Below are positions 37,973 through 46,840 of a DNA stretch of 46,840 nucleotides, one piece after another. The notes beneath the pieces were generated by a model. That model was not told the DNA's origin, did not search any database, and saw nothing but the letters and a program-made list of their open reading frames with translations. Where the stretch lies: positions 1,975,981 to 2,022,820 of the forward strand of contig NC_068992.1 of assembly GCF_001194135.2 (NCBI RefSeq), written 5' to 3'. This DNA is from Octopus bimaculoides (taxonomy: Eukaryota). Position 1 is the first letter of the stretch. Each line of letters begins with the position of its first letter. Made by a program: the position numbers and the translations under genes.

Positions 37973-38938
37973 TATCTGTTTATCTCTCTATCTATCTATC
38001 TATCTATCTATGTATCCATCCAGTTATCTATGTATCTGCTTATCTACCCATCCGTCTATTTATCTATCAACGCATACATCTATCTATTTATCTATCTATC
38101 TATCCCTAAACACACACATACTTTCTCTCTCTCTCTCCTTATCTCTTATACATACTCTCTCTCTCTCTTTCTAATGCATTTTCTCATTGTTATTGTCTGC
38201 CTCACTTCTCAATCTCTCTTCCTCTCTCTCTCTCTTTCTTTCTCTCTCTCTCTCTTTCTCTCAGTCTCTAGTTTCTATATTTCTCACTTTCTTTCTCTCT
38301 TCACAGCTCTATGTACCTTTCACATTACATCTTGGATTATCAATAGTCGCTGTAGATATTGGTGCTACTGCTATTCCTCACATTGTTACTGTTCCATACT
38401 GTTGCTGCTGCCCCTACTGCAACTGCTGCAGCGGATGGTAGCGGTGAGGACTGATGTGGTGGTGCTGTTGTTGTTGAATAGGAATACATTCATGATGATG
38501 ATGATTATGACGATGACGATGACGACGACGAATATATGATGTTGATGATAATGGTGGTGGTGGTGGTGGTGGTGGTGGTATTGGTCGTCGTCGTCGTCGT
38601 CGTCGTCATCTTGGTGGTCGTGGGGAGGATGATGATGATGATGATGATGACGACGACGACGACAACGATGATTATGATGATGGTTGTCTTCGTAATTATT
38701 CTGCTGTTGTCACGGTAAATGCAAACATGCTGGTGTGATTCTTTGTAGTGATGCTGATGGTGGTGGTGATTGAAAAGATGATGGTAGTGTAGTGCACGGT
38801 AATGCAGTTGTACGTAACTGCACTAACTGCAGCATTGGTGCACCTCATTCTGACTCCTTACGTGATCTTCCTCGTTGTTAATGTTGCATGTTTCACTGCA
38901 AGACACCTGGGTGTGTTTCTCCATCGTTCACACTTCTT

Positions 38939-38969
<31 letters not shown>

Positions 38970-39021
38970 CACTCACGCACAAACACACAAACACACGCAC
39001 AAACATTCAAAGACACACACG

Positions 39022-39061
<40 letters not shown>

Positions 39062-39451
39062 AACACACACACATACATTCAAAGACACTCTCGTATAATC
39101 TCTACGTGTGTGTGAGTGTAAGCTCATCGCTCAGTGTGCATGTATATGTCTGTGTTTGCCTGTAAAAATGTGTGTATACGTGAGAGTTTGTGTGTATGTG
39201 TGTGTACGTGTTTGTCAATATGTGTGTGTGTGAGTCTCTTTCTTTCTCTTTCTCTCTCTTTCTCTCTCTCCGAGTACGTGTGTGTTTGTGCGCGTGTCTT
39301 TATGTGTCTAAGTTTACTCATACAAGTGTATAAAGTCACCCAATCTCGAAACAGAGTGTAAATATTAATTTTAGTGATACGATGGCACTCTGGTATTACA
39401 CAAGGTAATTTTTACAATAGAATATTTTCTTTTCTCTTCCTTTCTCACCTT

Positions 39452-39499
<48 letters not shown>

Positions 39500-39548
39500 C
39501 CTCCCTACCTACACACTCATATGTATGTGCATACATGCATAAATACAC

Positions 39549-39581
<33 letters not shown>

Positions 39582-39634
39582 TATATGTATAAATTTTCAT
39601 ACATATAGATGTATATATAGTTATGTGTGTGTGT

Positions 39635-39867
39635 GGAAGCGCAATGGCCCAGTGGTTAGGGCAGCGGACTAGCGTTGGTAAGATCGCGGTTTCGATTCCC
39701 AGACCGGGCGTTGAGAATGCTTATTGAGCCAAAACACCTAAATTCCACGAGGCTCCGGCAGGGTGTGGTGGCAAACCCTGCGGTACTCTTTCACCACATC
39801 TTTCTCTCACTCGTTCTTCCTGATTCTTTTGTACCAGTAATTCAAAGGGACCAGCCTTGTCACACTC
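39635..39867 (+). mobile_element. tRNA-derived SINE family D, 5' part
   Basis: A box TGGCCCAGTGG and B box GTTTCGATTCC; body colinear with 43937-44142. Confidence 0.85.
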
Positions 39868-39911
39868 TTTTATACTTTACACTTCTTACTTTATATTTTA
39901 TACTTCAGTTA

Positions 39912-40055
39912 TTAGACTGCTGCCATGCGGTGGGGTTATTCTCGAAGAATTTCGGTCGAATGAATAGACCCGAATACGTATTTTTTTAAGCCTGGTACTT
40001 GTTATATCGGTCACTTTTGTCGAACTGCTAGTTTACGTTGACGCAAACATACCGG
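39912..40055 (-). mobile_element. SINE family B 3' part (old)
   Basis: Reverse complement ...GCAGTTCGACAAAAGTGACCGATATAACAAGTACCAGGCTTAAAAAAA...CATGGCAGCAGTC. Confidence 0.65.
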
Positions 40056-40738
40056 CTCCTGTTGCAAAGATAGATAGACAGACAGATATATAGATAGACA
40101 AAGTGATAGATAGATAGATAGATAGAAAATATAGATAGATAGAGAAGATAGATGGAAGGATATAGGTATGAATAAATGAATCGAAGTAAATATATGTATA
40201 TGTAGGTACGCATACTGCAGATATTCATTTATATATACGTTGTGTGTGGGGGGAGGGTGCGTGTGTACGTAGATATGCGAACGTGTGTGTATGTATGTGT
40301 GTATGTGTCTGTGTGTGGATATGTGTGTGTGTGAGTATTATGATTTGATATGCGATAATTCATTACAAAAGGTAAAAGTTTTTCAAAGTCATAAGATATA
40401 AGGTATAAATTCTTGATGGGTAATATTTAACAATACGGAGAAAAAAAATTCGTTGCTTCCTTTGAAAGGATAAAAACAGCTAAAACCTGAGGACTTGGAA
40501 GTCTCTTCCTATTGCGATGTGAGATTATTTTCTTATCATTATTGAAAATATGTTGGTAATCCCAAAGACAAAAGAAAAATATACACTGAAGAGAGCATTT
40601 TCAGTAAATAAAGGAATATTATTGTTCGTGTTTTTATAAGTGCAAAAGTACCCTCTAAATAAACATAATTATATATGTATGTACATATGTATGCATATAT
40701 ATACATATTTTCTACATACACATATACATGTTTAAATG

Positions 40739-40790
<52 letters not shown>

Positions 40791-40819
40791 ATATATATAT
40801 ATATATGTATATACACATA

Positions 40820-40860
40820 GGCGCAGGAGTGGCTGTGTGGTAAGTAGTTTGCTTATCAAC
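40820..40860 (+). mobile_element. SINE family B head, interrupted by a LINE insertion
   Basis: GGCGCAGGAGTGGCTGTGTGGTAAGTAGTTTGCTTATCAAC; the SINE resumes at 42309. Confidence 0.9.
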
Positions 40861-42308
40861 ATCTGCACCACCTCCGCCTTCCCTAGCAAGGATAACGCCC
40901 GCCCAGACCAGGTCTGGATTAGAGCAGTCACCCTGCTGGAGCGAGGTGACCAGCAGGGTGACTGCTCTAACCCAGACCTGGTGTGGGCGAGTGTTATCGT
41001 TGCTAGGAAAGGCGGAGGTGGTGCAGATGCTTATACCATCGGTTATCACCTTACCGTCTGACCGTGGTATCTTGCCCCGATTTGTGGCTGATCAAGTTAG
41101 AAAGAATCCTTTTCCGCTTTTTGTGGAAGGAAAGAAAGCCACTCGTGAAGCGCTCTGTCTGCTGCCAGAAACCGCTAAAAGGTGGACTAGGGATGCCTTG
41201 GCTGAGGATGCGAAAATTCGCGTTAAGGTTGAGGCACCTTTGGCTTTACCTAGATGGAGAGCAGGTGTGGTCACCGCACGTCCGGTTCTACCTTCCGCAA
41301 TTAACGTCCTTAACGGACGTTGATAATTGGATCAAGCAGAGACCTAGACTGGGGGACTGGCAATTGGAGTGCTGACAGGCACTTCAGCTACTCTCTCGGG
41401 CGGGCAATGCGGGCAACAGGAGTTCCACCGTGGATTTTTATAGCGGGTTTGTGAGATTTAGGTCCGAAGACGCCTTGGGGGAGACCCTGGGCTTCGATGA
41501 AAATCAGTTGACCAACCTGCTCAGGAAAACTTTCGGGTCGGGGTATCTGGACAATTACCAGAAATCCCTGGCTTGGCAGTGCTCCCGTGCGACGTTACCT
41601 GTTCGTGATAAACTGACAAGGTACGGAAGTGCCGTATCGCCGACATGTCCGAGTTGCGGGCAGGACAGGGAAATCGTCTTGCACGCATTCGTGGAATGTC
41701 TGGAATTAACGAGACTGATAGATTTCGCAGAGCAACTGTTGTCATCAATGGGAAGAGTACAGCTATCAGCTGAATCTATCATCGAGATTGTGCCGCCTCC
41801 TTCCCTCATCAGAGAAAGGAAGGGTTGCTTTTCCTGCGTAGTAGCCATACTGAAAGAAACAATATGAAAGACGCGTGTAAGAGGCACAGTGACGGATACC
41901 TTTGTATCTGGCCAGCGGTTAGTTGACTTTTTTTTGTTACCACCTCAGTAGTAAGATCAGGCTGGAGGAGAGGTATCTGTCACGAGACAGATTCATGAGA
42001 AGACGGAAGCCTGTGGCGAGGAAGCTCGGAGTGTTTGGAACCAGGTAAGTGGAAGCCAAAAACAAGGGAAAGAAAAAGCAAGGGGTCTACCCTGGTGGTC
42101 GGATGCCTATCCTTCAGGAAAGCCATTACAAATTGCATCTGTAATGAGCAATGCTTTAATCGAACATTGTAAATATAATCAAATTATTATTGTATATTCA
42201 AAATTGTAAAAATTTAATCGATACAGCTACTTCACCCCTTTTATGTTTGTCTGTACTTGTTCGTCCCCTGTTTGTAATGCCTTTATGGCAAATATTTATG
42301 AAATAAAA
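40861..42308 (+). mobile_element. 5'-truncated Tx1/L1-clade LINE (RT C-terminus, zinc finger, 3' UTR) with inverted 5' duplication
   Basis: WCGRVLSLLGKAEVVQMLIPSVIT-(+1 T at 41051)-YRLTVVSCP...LFRFLWK...GGLGMP...; in-frame TGA at 41373 and 41865; CCHC motif CPSCGQDREIVLHAFVEC; likely final stop at 42046-42048; AATAAAA tail; 16-bp TSD. Confidence 0.92.
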
Positions 42309-42627
42309 TAGCTTGCTTACCAACCACATGGTTCCGAGTTCAGTCCCACTGCGTGGCACCTTGGGCAAGTGTCTTCTACTATAGTCTCGGGCCGACCAAA
42401 GCCCTGTGAGTGGATTTGGTAGACAGAAACTGAAAGAAGCCCGTCGTATATATGTATATGTGTGTGTGTGCTTGACAACCGATGCTGGCGTGTTTACGTC
42501 CCCGTAAATTAGCGGTTCAGCAAAAGAGACCGATAGAATAAGTACTAGGTTTACAAGGAATAAGTCCCAGGGTCGATATGCTCGAATAAAGGCGGTGCTC
42601 CAGCATGGCCGCAGTCAAATGACTGAA
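42309..42627 (+). mobile_element. Remainder of the interrupted SINE family B copy
   Basis: TAGCTTGCTTACCAACCACATGGTTCCGAGTTCAGTCCCACTGCGTGGCACC...CAGCATGGCCGCAGTCAAATGACTGAA, ending at a gap. Confidence 0.9.
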
Positions 42628-42637
42628 NNNNNNNNNN
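42628..42637. other. Assembly gap (10 N)
   Basis: N run. Confidence 1.
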
Positions 42638-42887
42638 ATATATATATCCATTGTAACGGTTTGAACTTGTGACCTCGGTTCAAATTGTGATTGACCTATT
42701 GTAGGGACAGCTGTACTTAGACTTTCTCCATTGAGGACTATAGATGGGGTTTTCGGTCATATTTCTCAAAGTACACATTCTTAAGCACCCTTCGGTAATG
42801 TTTGGGATACATTTTAACTTGAGCTTACTCGTTAAGCATAGGTACCGCCCTTTGGTAATCACGTTAGTAAATTTCCTTGGATTTTTT

Positions 42888-43365
42888 GCCTTGGAAAACT
42901 TAATCTATGCCATTACCAGCTTAGGGTGCGGTAATCATTATATTGCCCAAAGAGGAATGTCACTCTGTCGAAAAACAACTATTCACAAATAAGAAACCCG
43001 CTACCCACCATACAGAGAGTTACAGGTCAGTGAACACATCGAAAGATGTGCTACGAACCTTCATCCTAATTTCCTAATTTTCCCTTTCTATCAATGTTCA
43101 CAGAACACATTAGTACAACAAAGAATGAATAAAGAGGCAACTTTCACAAAACATAATACAGAACACTGCTAACCTTACCATTAACACCTCTAATTCCCAT
43201 ACACCATTCATATTACATCTACCCTAACTGCCCCACTGCTTACCTCCCTTGCATATAATCTTTTTTACTCAGGGACCAGTTGACCCGACACCGTTTCGTA
43301 ATCGAAGCTCACTCAAGGCCAGAGAATAACATTTGATGATACCGGTAGGTCTTTGAAACTCTTTA
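42888..43365 (+). mobile_element. Penelope-like element relic: GIY-YIG endonuclease C-terminus + 3' region with degenerate hammerhead-like motif
   Basis: ENLIYAITSLGCGNHYIAQRG...TIHK*ETRYPPYRELQVSEHIERC...FLIFPFYQC...RMNKEATF (NLIY...C..C...YI(G)Q(T)G pattern), then TTGATGAT-ACC GGTA GGT-CTTTGAAAC at 43333-43359. Confidence 0.7.
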
Positions 43366-43509
43366 ACAATTCAAACTAATAACTTTTATTCCACTTACGT
43401 TTACTTTAATTCATCTCATTGTATAAATTTATCGTTACTTTTTGTAAAAAAAACCTTTATTTCTCTATATCCAACGTGCATTTTCGCTTTTTTTCTTCTT
43501 ACTTTCCCC

Positions 43510-43543
<34 letters not shown>

Positions 43544-43619
43544 ATGTGTGTGTGTGTATGTGTGTACGTATAAATGTATGTATGTTTGCACGCACACGTA
43601 TATGTAAGTATGTATATAG

Positions 43620-43826
43620 ATATATTTCACGACCGCCCGTGCTTTAATTTGACCAAACTCCACTGTGGGCGTTGCCATCTTGCGTCAAATCTTTAAAAGG
43701 TTGAAAGATAAATAGTATGATTGTTTTGCATATCTTCTAAACTGTTGTTCTACCACCCTTGTAAAGGTAACAGCTCTGTCCTTTGGTGATATGCTTAAAG
43801 CCAGGAACTTTTCTGCACCCCTCGCA
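43620..43826 (-). mobile_element. Mariner-like DNA transposon 5' end (TIR + start of transposase)
   Basis: Minus strand CGAGGGGTGCAGAAAAGTTCCTGGCTTT resembles mariner TIRs (TACGAGGG...AAAAGT); ends in EFGQIKARAVVKY, similar to the mariner N-terminal RAVIKF motif. Confidence 0.5.
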
Positions 43827-43936
43827 TATATATTATATACACATATACACATATACACGCTTGTACATTTTCTTTGGTGACAAAATGCTGATTGTGTGCA
43901 TTCTTTAGGCCGTCTTCTAGCTTGGCAGGAAATGAT

Positions 43937-44295
43937 GCAGCGGACTCGCGGTCATAGGATCGCGGTTTCGATTCCCAGACCGGGCGTTGTGAGTGTTTAT
44001 TGAGCGAAAACACCTAAAGCTCCACGAGGCTCCAGCAGGGGAAGGTGGCGAATCCTGCTGTACTCTTCCACCACAACCTTCTCTCACTCTTACTTCCTGT
44101 TTCTGCTGTGCCTGTAATTCAAAAGGTCAGCCTTGTCACACTGTGTCATGCTGAATATCCCCGAGAACTTCGTTAAGGGTACACGTATCTGTGGAGTGCT
44201 CAGCCACTTTCACGTTAATTTCACGAGCAGGCTGTTCCGTTGATCGGATCAACTGGAACGCTCGACGTCGTAAGCGGCGGAGTGCCAACAACAAC
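43937..44295 (+). mobile_element. SINE family D, near full length (A box lost), (CAA)n tail
   Basis: GCAGCGGACTCGCGGTCATAGGATCGCGGTTTCGATTCCCAGACCGGGCG...GGAGTGCCAACAACAAC. Confidence 0.85.
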
Positions 44296-44943
44296 CGCAG
44301 CGGACTACCGTCAAACGAGGTGTTGCTTGACCTACGTTTCCACAGATAATCCATCAGAACTCTTCCGACAATTTTGCTCCTGGGTTCCCAAGAATCTATC
44401 AGCTCGTTCTGACGCTAACGTGGTTGGTTATTTTTGTCGAGGTATGCTCTCCGAGAGCAGTCAGGACAAGCACAAATTTGTTAGAAAGTTTGGCTGCTGA
44501 TTCGATCTTCTGCAGTTTATGAGTGTGAGGACGACTATCTGATGAGAAGATAGATAGTGCGCTTCACTCAGCGTACTATACTACCAATACACAGCCTTTG
44601 AACTTGTACACATACATATATAAGCATACATACACACACATATATTATTTAATATGATGCAGGTTTTATTACAAATACGCCACCTATATATATACATATA
44701 TATATATAGCTGTACATTAAATGATATCTGTCTCCATCCACAGTGAGATGAATATCATTTAATTTTCACAGTATAAATATACGAGCTAGTAATAGTTTCT
44801 TGTAGTGAGGACACGTGTCTAGGGAGGTTTTTATAAAACGCCTTGTGTTTCCAAATAAACCTCCGGTTTCTAAGCACATTGTCCCATGTGATCAAAGTCT
44901 GGAGATTGTCCACATCAAATCATACATTTGTGCGTTTGTGTGC

Positions 44944-45010
<67 letters not shown>

Positions 45011-45713
45011 AGAATGTACACATATGTATGTATATATGCATATATGTGTATATATATATAATATTATTTATATTATGTATATAGATATTTATGAGTGTGC
45101 ATATGTGTAGTTAGAAATATAACAAGCACACATACATATAATGAGAGAGAGAGAGAGAGAGAGATAATGCGAAGACGAAGAAATATTTGCTAAATTCTTG
45201 ATGTATGGAAGCTAACTTTGCTGCGAGGAAAGTGAACCAAGCGCCAGGCGGGGTTTATTATTGTCTGCAAACAGGAAGCCAAAATAATCTGAAGAAATCA
45301 AAAGTGATTTTGCCCTTCAGAAATAAGGAAACATTTCTATCTTAGTATCTGAGACGAGGAGACATCTGTGCCAATATCGTTTCAATCGGCGCCATCAGCG
45401 CAGTGTTGCTTTTAGCCTGCTTCGGCCAAACTTACAAAACGAATAGAAAATATTTATGGCCTAGGGTAATTTGCATAATTATACAGGAAATAAGCTAAGG
45501 GATGTAACACCAAGCGGCCACAATAGTCTAAATTTTATGTGCCAATACGAGCATAACCCTGATATAATGTGAATAGTTTCGATCTAAGGGAAGTCAAACA
45601 AAAACCTAACGAAGAGTACTTGCGACTCAGATCGTGAAGGAAAGATTTGCGTGTTTTTACTTATCATTATGACACGCTGTGAGTGGGTATGTATGTGTAT
45701 TCTTGTTTTATTG

Positions 45714-45759
<46 letters not shown>

Positions 45760-46077
45760 GTGTGCGTATGTGTAAACGAGTGTGCGTGCGAGCACATGTC
45801 TTAAGTATTTTTTTAAGGCCAAAACAATGCAATTTATATAAGATAAATAATACAGGTCGAAGTTTTGTACATTTACGTAGTATTTCAATATTTCGGGATT
45901 AGAAACGCTTCTTCATAAAAAGGTGAGGCAAGGTGTTGATAGCTGTTGTCATTGCCCTGAATATTTCAAAGTATATTTGTCTGTATACATACATATATGA
46001 ATATATGCTAACATGAATACATAAATGTATGCATATCTTCGTAAATATATATATACATATACACACATAAATGCTAC

Positions 46078-46079
<2 letters not shown>

Positions 46080-46162
<83 letters not shown>

Positions 46163-46215
46163 GGTGTGTTTGTATGTGTGTGTGTGTTTGTATGTGTGTG
46201 TGTGTTTGTATGTCT
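46080..46215. repeat. (TA)n followed by degenerate (TG)n
   Basis: Read directly. Confidence 0.9.
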
Positions 46216-46761
46216 GTATCGCTCTCTCTATATATGTGTCTAAACACACATGCACAAACACGCAATGCTCAAGGAGAGAGGGGGAAGAGGGGGACCGAAA
46301 GAGATGGTGAGATGGTTGAACATGGCATAACTGGAAAGTGTGTGCAATATTGAAGATATATGTGTGTATATATATGTTTGCACATATACACGTTATATAT
46401 GCATGCTCACGCGCATAATTAACTCTTATGCATACATATATTTATGCATATATTTATGTATGTATGTGTGTATGTGTGTGGTCGTGCGTGTATGTATGTT
46501 TATGCTCACAAATTCTATACAGCTATTCAAGATGAAACGCCGCCAAAATGGTGGAGGTAAGCAGCGGAACGTTCTAGAAAAAGCTGTATTTTAATCCTTT
46601 GCTAGAATAGCATATGTTTACCATCACACACACACACACACTCGCGTGATGGCATGTATACACCACATCATACGCAACACACCAGCGTACATATACCATA
46701 CACCCGTTTACGCAGGAAGTAGAAGCGCGCACTTTACTATGCACACATATGCTTGCATTTA

Positions 46762-46768
<7 letters not shown>

Positions 46769-46840
<72 letters not shown>
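46769..46840. repeat. (TA)n running off the window end
   Basis: Read directly. Confidence 0.95.

Noticed and set aside
44300-44560. Minus-strand peptide with WIICGNV reminiscent of BEL/Pao
   Set aside because: A single short motif among stops; no LTR, protease or RT support.
45288-45321. 13-bp bulged hairpin TCTGAAG-AAATCA...TGATTT-CTTCAGA
   Set aside because: Short and AT-rich; expected by chance in 47 kb.

Overview
AT-rich, microsatellite-dense eukaryotic DNA that looks intergenic or intronic. The tRNA-derived SINE families resemble those I recall from Octopus (inference; species not determinable). No host protein-coding gene can be supported, and nearly all ORFs in the track are (TA)n/(TG)n/triplet-repeat artefacts. 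The real coding signal is all retroelement relics: an RTE-clade RT fragment (1-360, -), an R4/Dong-like RLE fragment (25.8-26.5 kb), several Tx1/L1-like ORF2 3' ends (27.6, 36.9-38.0, 40.9-42.3 kb), a Penelope-like GIY-YIG fragment (42.9-43.2 kb) and a mariner 5' end. Best candidate new system: a short non-coding element (four segments at 16.5, 27.2, 27.4 and 36.7 kb) made of a tRNA-derived Pol III head, (AAT)n, a minimal type-I hammerhead ribozyme of the Penelope type and a conserved 3' tail. It integrates with inverted (fold-back) duplications, once with a perfect 11-bp TSD, suggesting a ribozyme-bearing SINE mobilised by Penelope-like elements. Other highlights: a Tx1 LINE inserted into a SINE head with a 16-bp TSD and a 79-bp fold-back hairpin, Tx1 ends embedded in (TATC)n, and an unexplained 76-bp-arm near-perfect palindrome at 5.8-6.0 kb.
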